Source: Bacteroidota bacterium
GTDB lineage: Bacteria; Bacteroidota; Bacteroidia; B-17B0; Aurantibacillaceae
Length of the DNA stretch: 35,140 bases
Reading direction: 5' to 3'
Assembly: GCA_043737035.1 (NCBI GenBank)
Contig: JAYTBK010000317.1
Span: 1-35,140, forward strand
Within the stretch, counting starts at the first letter, position 1. Each line of letters opens with the position of its first letter. Below the pieces are notes generated by a model. That model searched no databases. It was not told where the DNA came from and saw only the letters and a program-made list of their open reading frames with translations. Both the position numbers and the translations under genes were made by a program. This document shows positions 19,118 through 27,765 of this stretch, piece by piece.

Positions 19118-19906
19118 ATGAGACCCATTTGGACAGGTGCTATTGGTTTTGGTTTGGTAAATATACCGGTAAAATTATACAGTGCTACTGAAACAACCAA
19201 CATCGCTCTTGACATGCTCGATAAAAAAGATAATTCGAACATACACTTTATGCGTGTGAATAAAAAAACGGGAAAAGAAGTAAAATGGGAAAATATTGTA
19301 AAGGGATTTAAGTTACCTAATGATAACTATGTGGTGCTATCTGATAAAGATTTTGAAAGCGCCAATGCAAAAAAAACGCGAAGTATCGATATATCAACTT
19401 TTGTAAAAGAGGATGAAATTGAAAGCATGTATTATGAAATACCTTACTATCTTGAACCCGATAAATCGGGTATACGCGCATATGCTTTACTCCGCGAGGC
19501 ACTTTTAAAAACCGGTAAAGTTGGCATTGCTACTTTTGTAATGCGCAATAAAGAAGGGCTCGCCATATTAAGAGCAAATGATAAAGTTATTGTTTTAAAC
19601 AGGATAAGGTTTGAAGAAGAAATTCGCGATCCTGCTGAGCTAAATTTGCCTGAAAAAACTGAAGTGAAAGCTCCCGAGCTCAAAATGGCTATTACATTAA
19701 TTAATCAGCTATCCGAAAAATTTGATATCAGTAAATATAAAAACACTTACACGGAAGACTTAATGAAGCTGATAAAAGCAAAAGCCAAAGGTGTAAAAAC
19801 CAAGGAGCCGAGTTTAAAAGTTGTACATAGTAACACGAAAGATATCATGGAACAATTGAAAGCTAGTTTAACTTCTAAACCAGTAAAGCATAAAAAAGCT
19901 TCCTAA
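19118..19906 (+). CDS. ku: Ku protein (non-homologous end joining)
   Basis: Canonical bacterial Ku N-terminus MRPIWTGAIGFGLVNIPVKLYSAT, length 262 aa, and a Lys-rich C-terminal tail. Confidence 0.93.
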   Translation: MRPIWTGAIGFGLVNIPVKLYSATETTNIALDMLDKKDNSNIHFMRVNKKTGKEVKWENIVKGFKLPNDNYVVLSDKDFESANAKKTRSIDISTFVKEDEIESMYYEIPYYLEPDKSGIRAYALLREALLKTGKVGIATFVMRNKEGLAILRANDKVIVLNRIRFEEEIRDPAELNLPEKTEVKAPELKMAITLINQLSEKFDISKYKNTYTEDLMKLIKAKAKGVKTKEPSLKVVHSNTKDIMEQLKASLTSKPVKHKKAS

Positions 19907-20044
19907 ATGTTGGGGAAATTAATCCTCAATGTATAAATCGACTTTATATTAAAAATATTAAAATTGTTTGTTTGTTAAAAATACGGAATGGCACATTATT
20001 ATCTATATTTCCAAAAAACTTCAAATTAAAACACCTTAAATAAT

Positions 20045-21145
20045 ATGAAAGAAACTTTGTCATTACCCTATTACCTGAAAAGTGCCCAAATAATAATGGG
20101 ACTACTCGCGTTTTTTTATATTATGTATATAGGTCACGATGTTATTGCGCCTTTAATTTTTTCTACCATACTTGCTATACTTTTAAACCCGGTCGTAAAT
20201 TTTTTGTCGCGCAAAATTAACCGTGTCATTTCTATTTTTATTGCCGTAGTATTGGCCATGGCACTGGTAACAGCTTTATTTTATTTTATAGGGTCGCAAC
20301 TTGCAATGTTCAGCGAATCGTTTCCTTTGCTAAAACAAAAATTTACGGAATATTTTAAAGATTTAATTGCGTGGGTTTCCGAAACTTTTAATGTTAGCAA
20401 ACCGAAAATAAAAGCGTGGATCGACAAAACAAAAAGTCAGGGAGTTGAAGGTGGTGGTTCCGTTATTGGTCAAACACTTTTATCGGCTTCCGGGGCTTTG
20501 GTGGTAATATTACTTATCCCCGTTTATATTTTTCTTATTCTATTTTATAAACCTTTATTGCTCGACTTTATAGCGATGTCTTTTGCATCATCAAAACATG
20601 CAACCGTAGCCGAAGTGCTATTAGAAACACGTAAATTAATACAAAGTTATTTGGTGGGTTTGTTGCTAGAAGCGGCTTTGGTTGCAACATTAAATTCGGT
20701 TGGGTTATTAATAATTGGAGTGCAGTACGCTATTCTCCTAGGAATAATAGGCGCAATTTTAAATTTGATACCTTACATTGGCGGTATCGTTGCCATTTCG
20801 TTGCCGATGATTGTTGCACTTACAACACAGTCGTCGGGCGCGGCCGTAGCAGTTTTAATTTTATATTGCGTGGTGCAGCTGTTAGATAACAACTTCTTTG
20901 TACCTAAAATCGTTGCTTCCAAAGTGAAGATTAATGCATTGATATCGATTATTGTGGTATTGATTGGTGGTGCGATTTGGGGTGTTGGCGGTATGTTTTT
21001 AGCGTTGCCACTTACAGCCATTGTAAAAGTAATTTGCGATAAAGTTGAAGGATTAAAATCACTAGGTTTTTTATTGGGCGATACAATGCCGGTAATTGGA
21101 AATAATTTATTGAATTTTAGAAAACTTTCGCAAAACAAAAAATAA
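20045..21145 (+). CDS. AI-2E (PerM/UPF0118) family transporter (copy 1)
   Basis: About 8 TM segments and a family motif region (LNLIPYIGGIVA ... FLALPLTAIV). Confidence 0.85.
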   Translation: MKETLSLPYYLKSAQIIMGLLAFFYIMYIGHDVIAPLIFSTILAILLNPVVNFLSRKINRVISIFIAVVLAMALVTALFYFIGSQLAMFSESFPLLKQKFTEYFKDLIAWVSETFNVSKPKIKAWIDKTKSQGVEGGGSVIGQTLLSASGALVVILLIPVYIFLILFYKPLLLDFIAMSFASSKHATVAEVLLETRKLIQSYLVGLLLEAALVATLNSVGLLIIGVQYAILLGIIGAILNLIPYIGGIVAISLPMIVALTTQSSGAAVAVLILYCVVQLLDNNFFVPKIVASKVKINALISIIVVLIGGAIWGVGGMFLALPLTAIVKVICDKVEGLKSLGFLLGDTMPVIGNNLLNFRKLSQNKK

Positions 21146-21148
21146 TTC

Positions 21149-22543
21149 ATGAAAGATCCACAGGTTAAAACACCGTTAATAAAGCGCGTTTACCAATTGC
21201 TGTTGGTTATTGCTCTTATTCCAATTTTAGCGTATGCGGTGTTTTGTGGCATTAATATCCGCAAGTACTCTCACGAACGAGCTGTTATCCGAAAAGATTA
21301 CAGCGAGATGAACAATATACAGTATGGGCTACTTTCTGTAGATGCTTGGAAGAGCAACATTTTAGAAATTGTAGACACACAAATACAACAATTTGAATTT
21401 AGTAGCGAGCAGGAAGACACTCTAAAAAAAGAGTTGAATAAAATTTTGGGGGCACTTGTAAATAAGGCCGAGAATATGGTCACAAAAAAGCAAACAACGT
21501 TTAAAGGAAAAATTACAAAGTTTGCGGTGAAAAATTTTGTGGATGTTGAAGGCTACAAAAAAAGGATGCCCGAATTCAGTCAAAAAATTATTGATGAATT
21601 AAAAAAGCCTGAAAGTAAGGAGCGTATACGGTTTTTAGCACAAGATAAGTTAAATGAATTTGCTGAAGCCACACACGATAGCGTTAACAATAAACTCAAA
21701 CTCCAAATTATTATGTCAACCTATCATGCAAGCGACATTAAACAATTTAATCAATTCGTAGAAAGACGCATCAACGAATTGCAGGAGCAAACGTACCTAA
21801 ATACATTTATTTTAATTGGATGCCTTACTGTGTTTTTAATTTTATGGGTGATTTTTAGAAATAGAAAAAATATGTACACGCCGTTATTTACCATGTCGGT
21901 ATTGATGGCCTTAATCGTTTTGGCTATTGGTTTAATGGCGCCGATGATAGAGATAGATGCCCGAATTAAAGAATTGAATTTTGAATTGATCGGAAAACAT
22001 TTAATATTTAATGATCAGGTGATTTTTTACCAAAGTAAAAGTATTTTGGATGTGGTCCATATTTTAATAGCGGCCGGCAAACCCGATTCGATTTTTGTAG
22101 GAATATTAATTTTAATTTTTAGTGTACTATTTCCGGTAACCAAGCTCATTTCAACTAAAATATATTTATTAGGGAACGAAAAATGGAAAAAAAATAAAAT
22201 CATCTATTTCTTTGCTTTTAAATCCGGTAAATGGTCGATGGCGGACGTAATGGTTGTTGCTATTTTTATGTCGTATATTGGTTTTAAAGGCATTTTGGAA
22301 AATCAAATGGCGCACTTAAACATTAAAACAAAATCTCTCGCAACTATTGCTACAAACGAAACATCGTTGCAGCCTGGCTTTATTTTATTCATCGCTTACG
22401 TTATATTTGGTTTGATACTGGGAGTAATCCTTAAAAAAATAACATCGGAGGAACCGTTGGGAGGCCGTTTAAAATACTACGCACAAAAGCTTCAAATAAA
22501 TAAAATATTTCTTAAGAATAAAAAACAGGAAGCGATTAAATAA
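21149..22543 (+). CDS. membrane protein with a PqiA-like (paraquat-inducible protein A) C-terminal domain
   Basis: N-terminal TM helix, a long helical soluble region, then several TM segments including KWSMADVMVVAIFMSYIGF, which resembles the PqiA core. It starts 3 nt after the AI-2E gene, so it is probably in the same operon. Confidence 0.45.
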   Translation: MKDPQVKTPLIKRVYQLLLVIALIPILAYAVFCGINIRKYSHERAVIRKDYSEMNNIQYGLLSVDAWKSNILEIVDTQIQQFEFSSEQEDTLKKELNKILGALVNKAENMVTKKQTTFKGKITKFAVKNFVDVEGYKKRMPEFSQKIIDELKKPESKERIRFLAQDKLNEFAEATHDSVNNKLKLQIIMSTYHASDIKQFNQFVERRINELQEQTYLNTFILIGCLTVFLILWVIFRNRKNMYTPLFTMSVLMALIVLAIGLMAPMIEIDARIKELNFELIGKHLIFNDQVIFYQSKSILDVVHILIAAGKPDSIFVGILILIFSVLFPVTKLISTKIYLLGNEKWKKNKIIYFFAFKSGKWSMADVMVVAIFMSYIGFKGILENQMAHLNIKTKSLATIATNETSLQPGFILFIAYVIFGLILGVILKKITSEEPLGGRLKYYAQKLQINKIFLKNKKQEAIK

Positions 22544-22546
22544 ACA

Positions 22547-22909
22547 TTAATTTGGAGTGTATTTTTTAATCAAATCAACAACGCCCTGAACTTTGATTGG
22601 TTTGATTAAATAATGAACATTGTGACGATTATCGGTGTGTGGCGAATCAGGGTTAGCACTAATTTTAATAATGTGAATACTTTCATTGGTCGCTAAAATA
22701 TCATTTGCTTTTTCCCATCCTAAACCGTCTGGCAAATTATTATCAATGATTACCCAATGCGGCTTGTTTCCCAAAATACCGTCGAAACCGTCTTTTACTG
22801 TATGATAATAATTTACTACATAACCTTGCGCTCTGAGCATCCCAGACAATAAAAAACATAGATCCGCCTCATCATCAATTATTAAAATCTTAATTAATTC
22901 ATTTTCCAT
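22547..22909 (-). CDS. stand-alone response-regulator receiver protein
   Basis: ILIIDDEAD, acceptor context WVIIDNNLPDGLG, and a conserved Lys region (YLIKPI). There is no output domain. Start taken as the ATG at 22909. Confidence 0.85.
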   Translation of the reverse strand: MENELIKILIIDDEADLCFLLSGMLRAQGYVVNYYHTVKDGFDGILGNKPHWVIIDNNLPDGLGWEKANDILATNESIHIIKISANPDSPHTDNRHNVHYLIKPIKVQGVVDLIKKYTPN

Positions 22910-23060
22910 ATGCTGAGTATAAATATCTACAATTAAAAATTTAATCCACAAATTTATTTCACATTAATCCAATTACTACTGTAATAGTGTGGCATTAATT
23001 TATAAATGTGAACGTATATACAATACAATATAAATATAAACCAATTAAAAAATTAAGATC

Positions 23061-23330
23061 ATGACAAGTGGTGCAAAAACAATTTTAGGCCTTTTAGCTG
23101 TTGGTGCAGCGGGCGTAGCAGTAGGTATGTTATTGTCTCCTGATAAAGGAACTAACATCCGCCAATCAATTAAAGATACAATAGGCGATTTAACTGAAAA
23201 ACTAACAGACTTAATCGCTGAAGGAAAAGAAAAGCTAGCTGATGTTACTGAAGAAATTACTTCACACGCATCGAACATTAAAAAAGAAGTTAAAGCGGGT
23301 ACAGAAAGTACTAAACAAGCTTTATCTTAA
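23061..23330 (+). CDS. YtxH domain protein
   Basis: N-terminal TM helix followed by SPDKGTNIRQSIKD and a charged helical tail, which is typical YtxH architecture. Confidence 0.8.
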   Translation: MTSGAKTILGLLAVGAAGVAVGMLLSPDKGTNIRQSIKDTIGDLTEKLTDLIAEGKEKLADVTEEITSHASNIKKEVKAGTESTKQALS

Positions 23331-23335
23331 ATTTT

Positions 23336-23368
23336 AATTCCGGTACCCTTGAGTACCGGAATTTTTTA
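23336..23368 (+). terminator. strong rho-independent terminator after the YtxH gene
   Basis: 11-bp perfect stem AATTCCGGTAC / GTACCGGAATT with loop CCTTGA, followed by a T-run. Confidence 0.85.
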
Positions 23369-23390
23369 CACCTTTACAAAAATAGATATA

Positions 23391-24107
23391 ATGGAAAAAG
23401 TAGGAGAAATAGTAAACAACCTTTATACAAACACTCAGGAGTATGTTGAGTTACAAGCTAAATCAGCCAAACTCGAAATCTATGAGCGTATTACAACGCT
23501 TATCTCAAGCGGCATAACTGGCGGATTTATTGCTTTATTCGGACTTTTTTCCTTTCTATTTATCAATTTTGGATTTGCCTATTATTTAAGCGATAAATTT
23601 GATTCGCGAACTATGGGTTTTTTCTCGGTAGGCGGATTTTACTTTTTAGTTTTAGGACTTTATATTTTAATTAAAGATAGAGTTTCGAAAAACAAGATTA
23701 AAAATGCAATCTTACTTAAAGTAAGTAAAACAATGGACGATTTCGACCAGCTTTTAAAAGAGCAGGATATTGTTCATGCGGCAGTTGCGCACAAATCAAA
23801 TGAATTAAAACAAAATTTCACCGAATTAAAAGATAAAATACAAGAAGTTAAGGACGATGTGGCTAAGTTTAAAGGTAAATTTATAAAAGATGAAAACGCT
23901 ACCGTTGGCCCTAAAATACCGCGTGCTGCAATGACTTCTGTTCTCGATTTTGTTTTAAAAAATATAGTGCTGAAAAATTCGGGTTTCCTGATACGAAACG
24001 TTATCCCGGTAGTTGCGAATACTCTTTTAACTTCAATGGTGTTTAATGAGGATAAAAAGACCAGTTTAGTAGAGAATATTAAACTAAAAATTTCTAAATT
24101 TCTTTAG
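23391..24107 (+). CDS. membrane protein, holin-X/DUF1469-like, commonly partnered with YtxH
   Basis: Start taken as the ATG at 23391, because the longer TTG-started ORF would run through the terminator hairpin. Two central TM helices and a coiled-coil C-terminal region. Confidence 0.5.
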   Translation: MEKVGEIVNNLYTNTQEYVELQAKSAKLEIYERITTLISSGITGGFIALFGLFSFLFINFGFAYYLSDKFDSRTMGFFSVGGFYFLVLGLYILIKDRVSKNKIKNAILLKVSKTMDDFDQLLKEQDIVHAAVAHKSNELKQNFTELKDKIQEVKDDVAKFKGKFIKDENATVGPKIPRAAMTSVLDFVLKNIVLKNSGFLIRNVIPVVANTLLTSMVFNEDKKTSLVENIKLKISKFL

Positions 24108-24510
24108 TGATTAACAGCTAAAGCTTTAAAGATTTTTACTAGTTCAATTAGTTTCTCAAAATTCGATTGCTTCACAAAAAAATCGTTTACGCCAAGTTCC
24201 TTACATTTATTTTTCTCAATATCATTATTGCTTGTAGTGAAAATAATAGTAGCAAAATTTTTTTTAAGCGATAATTCTTTAATAGCTTCCGTCCCGTTTT
24301 TCTTAGGCATATTTAAATCTACCATCAACAATGATGGTAGATTTTTTAATTCACCTGATTCGATTCGATTCGAATAAAATGATCAATCAGCTCAATTCCA
24401 TTTGTAACGAATGTTATGCTTAGATTATTTCCAATTTCTCTAAACGCCGAAGTCAACAAAAACCGATCATCTTCATCGTCTTCAGCAATTAAAATATAGT
24501 TCGTTTGCAC
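24104..24510 (-). pseudogene. stand-alone receiver protein interrupted by a frameshift at a pentanucleotide tandem repeat
   Basis: The N-terminal half starts at GTG 24510 (VQTNYILIAEDDEDDRFLLTSAFREIG...LIDHFIRIES) and stops at 24346-24348. The C-terminal half (..GELKNLPSLLMVDLNMPKKNGTEAIKEL...) is in another frame. Deleting one GATTC unit joins them into an intact receiver. Confidence 0.8.
24357..24371. repeat. (GATTC)x3 tandem pentanucleotide repeat at the frameshift point
   Basis: Read directly: GATTCGATTCGATTC followed by GAAT. Confidence 0.95.
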
Positions 24511-24615
24511 AATTCAAATATACTAAAAGTAGGATTTTGGGGAAATATTTGTGCAGCAAATTGCCCAGAATCAAGCCATTTCCACTATTTTAAGTTCAAA
24601 ATCTCGAAATGGAGA

Positions 24616-24631
24616 TGGCATCTTTTTAGCA
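24616..24631 (+). promoter_or_regulatory. sigma-54 (-24/-12) promoter upstream of a small lipoprotein gene
   Basis: TGGCATCTTTTTAGCA has GG and GC at the canonical spacing and the same TAGCA -12 element as the site at 2316. It lies 35 nt upstream of the ATG at 24666. Confidence 0.65.
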
Positions 24632-24665
24632 TTGTAGATGTAATTAAATTCTAATTAAATTAAAA

Positions 24666-24905
24666 ATGAAAAAATCAGTTATCGCTATTATAGCCCTAGT
24701 TACTTTAAGTCTTGCTTCATGCAAAAAAGATTATACATGCGAATGTAAAAAAACAAGAACAGGTGGTTCTTCTACTCTTACCACAGACGATGGTAAATAC
24801 ACTTATAAAGACACCCGTGCACGTGCCGAATCACGTTGCCAGGATCAGGAAAGTACAGGAGCGGACGGGTTTGGAAACTACACCAGAGATTGTGAGATTA
24901 AATAA
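24666..24905 (+). CDS. small Cys-rich lipoprotein
   Basis: Signal peptide with lipobox LASC. The mature part of about 60 aa has 4 further Cys residues. A strong terminator follows. Confidence 0.75.
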   Translation: MKKSVIAIIALVTLSLASCKKDYTCECKKTRTGGSSTLTTDDGKYTYKDTRARAESRCQDQESTGADGFGNYTRDCEIK

Positions 24906-24925
24906 TCCTAACACTTTATTAATAA

Positions 24926-24957
24926 AAAAACGCTTTTTTTCAAAAGCGTTTTTTTTA
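24926..24957. terminator. bidirectional rho-independent terminator between convergent genes
   Basis: 12-bp stem AAAAACGCTTTT / AAAAGCGTTTTT with a 4-nt loop. It is flanked by an A-run and a T-run. Confidence 0.8.
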
Positions 24958-24968
24958 TGAGCAATAAA

Positions 24969-25433
24969 TTATTTAGATTGAATTTCTGATTTTAAATTGT
25001 GCTTTTCCACCGCTTCATCAATTGAATGCGTTGTATGTAAATCTTTCTCTTTAGACGAAAGCGCCGCGAGTTTCACATAATACGTTTTTAATACTTCTAT
25101 TTCATCTGAAGTAAGATCTTCGATATCGATCAACCTGTTGCTTGCCATTTTATTACAGGCAATAAGCTCATTTAGTTTCAAATGTAAAGCCTTGGTATCC
25201 TTATTTTGCGACTGCTGAATAACAAAAACCATTAAAAAAGTAATAATTGTTGTACTTGTATTTATTACTAATTGCCATGTATCTGAAAAATTGAAAATAG
25301 GTCCGGATAAAGCCCATATTAGTATAACAATAAAGGCGATCGCAAAAGCGAAAGGGCTGCCTGTAGCAGAAGTAACTTTTGTTGAAAAGGAATCGAATGA
25401 TTTTTTCATAGTGTATGTTTTCTGGATTTTCAA
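24969..25433 (-). CDS. low-affinity iron permease family protein
   Basis: Core FSDTWQLVINTSTTIITFLMVFVIQQSQNKD matches my recollection of the family signature (DTWQL-INT-TTI-TFL). Two TM helices, about 150 aa. Confidence 0.78.
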   Translation of the reverse strand: MKIQKTYTMKKSFDSFSTKVTSATGSPFAFAIAFIVILIWALSGPIFNFSDTWQLVINTSTTIITFLMVFVIQQSQNKDTKALHLKLNELIACNKMASNRLIDIEDLTSDEIEVLKTYYVKLAALSSKEKDLHTTHSIDEAVEKHNLKSEIQSK

Positions 25434-25546
25434 TTAAATTTTTACGTTTTTTTCAGCAATCGGAAAGCTTTTTTCGCGATACTTTTTATTAGATACGGGT
25501 TTACGTTCAATATAATATTGAAACGGTTTTGAAAGATTGTAACGCA

Positions 25547-26479
25547 TTATGTTTTTCCGGGAATTACTTTCTCAATATATTCAACCCGTACCGAAAACTT
25601 ATTTGGGTGTATGCCATGGCCGTGTTTAAGCGCATATAATTTTGTAAATTCTGCTCCAAAATATAAAAGTATGGATGAATAATATATCCACAATAATAAA
25701 ATAATTACCGAACCTGCCGCCCCATAAGCACTCGCACTGCTCGAACTGGCAAGGTAAATTCCAATCAAATATTTTCCAAGTAAAAATAGTAACGATGTAA
25801 ACAACGATCCAACCCATGCGTCTTTCCACTTTACCACAGAATCTGGCAAATATTTAAAAATTACTGCAAATAAAAGCGAGATAATAAACAGTGCTACCGA
25901 GTTGTTTACTATAACTATTATAAAAGTTGTATCGGGCAAGTAAGTATTTAATTTAGCGTTTAAAATGCCAATTATTGTACTTGCCAATAATGAAACGACC
26001 ATCAAAAAGCCTATAGAAACCACCATTGCAAAAGACAACAAACGGTTTACAAGATATTTAACAAGTCCTTTTTTTGGTTTTGCTTTTAATCCCCATATTT
26101 TATTAATGGTTGATTGTATTTCGCCAAAAACACCTGTAGCGCCAATTATAAAAACCATAACCCCTACAACCGTTGCAAGTACATTATTTTTACGTAAAGT
26201 TGTATGTTTTAGCATATCTTGTATTTGCAAAGCCGCTTCGTTACCGACAATACTGTTTATTTCCTCAAATAAATGCCCTTCAATGGCCGCCCTTCCAAAA
26301 ATAATACTGCCAATCGATATCGCCATTATTAACATGGGCGCAACAGAAAATATGGTGTAATAGGAGAGCGAGGCGCTGTATTTTAAAACATCATCATTTA
26401 TAAAATGAACGCCGCTGTCTTTTATAAGAACGAAAAAATTTTTAGTTCGTTTTTTTATCTTGTATTTTATAAGATTCAT
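25547..26479 (-). CDS. YihY/BrkB family membrane protein (copy 2)
   Basis: SASLSYYTIFSVAPMLI and about 6 TM segments. It is collinear with, but diverged from, the copy at 15029..15979. Confidence 0.85.
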   Translation of the reverse strand: MNLIKYKIKKRTKNFFVLIKDSGVHFINDDVLKYSASLSYYTIFSVAPMLIMAISIGSIIFGRAAIEGHLFEEINSIVGNEAALQIQDMLKHTTLRKNNVLATVVGVMVFIIGATGVFGEIQSTINKIWGLKAKPKKGLVKYLVNRLLSFAMVVSIGFLMVVSLLASTIIGILNAKLNTYLPDTTFIIVIVNNSVALFIISLLFAVIFKYLPDSVVKWKDAWVGSLFTSLLFLLGKYLIGIYLASSSSASAYGAAGSVIILLLWIYYSSILLYFGAEFTKLYALKHGHGIHPNKFSVRVEYIEKVIPGKT

Positions 26480-26646
26480 TGTAATGATTGAAAGGCCTAC
26501 GTCTATGCAAATGTATTAAAACAAACTTGTTAATGGCTCTTGCGGGGAAATTTTTACCCGTTGTATTTAAAGGTAAACATAAATTCGTAGTAATAGGCGT
26601 GTAAAAACTCAATATTGCAGGAACAATAATTTCAATACAGCGTAAT

Positions 26647-27765
26647 ATGGAAACAGACAAAACCATTAACAAATACATCTACGCATTTTTTATTTTATCG
26701 CTTGGAGTTTTTATTTTTTTTGGATTGCACGAGTTACTGAATGCGTTTTTAGGAAGCGTTGTATTTTATGCGCTCTTTAAAAATTTTATGCATTTTTTAA
26801 CCCGCAGGCGGAAATTTAAACGTTCGTTTTCCGCAGTTATTATCATCCTCATTTCTTTCGTTATTGTGGTTTTGCCAATATCAATTTTACTTGTTATGCT
26901 TTTTAATAAAGCCGGGCAAATGGCAGGTCATCCCGAAGTGCTTTCACAATACGTTGATAAATTTACAGTTAAACTTAAATCACTCCCTTTTGATGTTAGC
27001 GCCGATAGTTTAGGCGTAAAAGTAAAGTCATACCTTGCCGCGCATTTAGGAGGCCTGTTAAGTACATCTTTAAGCACTATTGGAAGCGTATTGATGATGT
27101 ATTTTTTTCTGTATTTTTTACTCATCAACACCAACTCAATGGAAGCACGCATTGTGCATTTTCTCCCGTTTAAAAAGTCAAAAATATTGCTCTTTGGTAA
27201 AGAGCTCGTTGATCAAACCTACAGTAATGCAATTGGAGTGCCGTTGGTTTCGGTGGCGCAAGGAATATGCGCTTACTTGTGCTATAAAATTGCCGGTGTT
27301 AACGATGCCGGGCTTTGGGCAATATTAACAGGTTTTGCTTCTATTATTCCTTTAATTGGTACGGCTTTAATTTGGCTTCCGGTTGCCTTAGTTTTATTTG
27401 CCGATAATCGTTTTTGGCAAGGAGCCTTTGTAAGTGTTTACAGCATCATTATATTAAGTAATATTGATAATCTCGTTCGTATGATTGTGTCGAAAAGAGT
27501 TGGAGATGTGCACCCTGTTATTACAGTGTTAGGGGTAATTATTGGCTTGCAGTTTTTTGGTTTGCCGGGCTTGGTTTTTGGACCACTTATCATTTCCTAT
27601 TTTATTATTTTACTTAAATTATTTTACATGGAATATTCTCAAAAACCCATAACAGTGCTACCTGAACCTCAATATAAATTTGAAACCAACGTTATTAAAT
27701 TACTTTTAAAACAACTCGACAATCTAAATCCAATAAGTCCTCCGCGTAAACAAAATATAAAATGA
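26647..27765 (+). CDS. AI-2E (PerM/UPF0118) family transporter (copy 2)
   Basis: Polytopic, with the motif region SIIPLIGTALIWLP ... GLPGLVFGPLI. It is divergently placed next to YihY copy 2. Confidence 0.85.
   Translation: METDKTINKYIYAFFILSLGVFIFFGLHELLNAFLGSVVFYALFKNFMHFLTRRRKFKRSFSAVIIILISFVIVVLPISILLVMLFNKAGQMAGHPEVLSQYVDKFTVKLKSLPFDVSADSLGVKVKSYLAAHLGGLLSTSLSTIGSVLMMYFFLYFLLINTNSMEARIVHFLPFKKSKILLFGKELVDQTYSNAIGVPLVSVAQGICAYLCYKIAGVNDAGLWAILTGFASIIPLIGTALIWLPVALVLFADNRFWQGAFVSVYSIIILSNIDNLVRMIVSKRVGDVHPVITVLGVIIGLQFFGLPGLVFGPLIISYFIILLKLFYMEYSQKPITVLPEPQYKFETNVIKLLLKQLDNLNPISPPRKQNIK

Noticed and set aside
19989-20004. A sigma-54-like site TGGCACATTATTATCT upstream of AI-2E copy 1. Similar partial sites are 31130..31145 (minus strand, CGGCACTATTGTTTCA), 34568..34583 (TGGCATTTTGTTTGAT) and about 23007 (TGGCATTAATTTATAA).
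   Set aside because: The -24 half is good, but in each case the invariant GC of the -12 element is missing (TC, TC, GA, AA). They are not called as promoters and should only be revisited if transcript mapping points to them.
24712-24960. An 82-aa ORF overlapping the lipoprotein gene in another frame.
   Set aside because: It would run through the terminator hairpin and has no signal or family features. The overlapping 24666..24905 frame has a proper signal peptide and lipobox.
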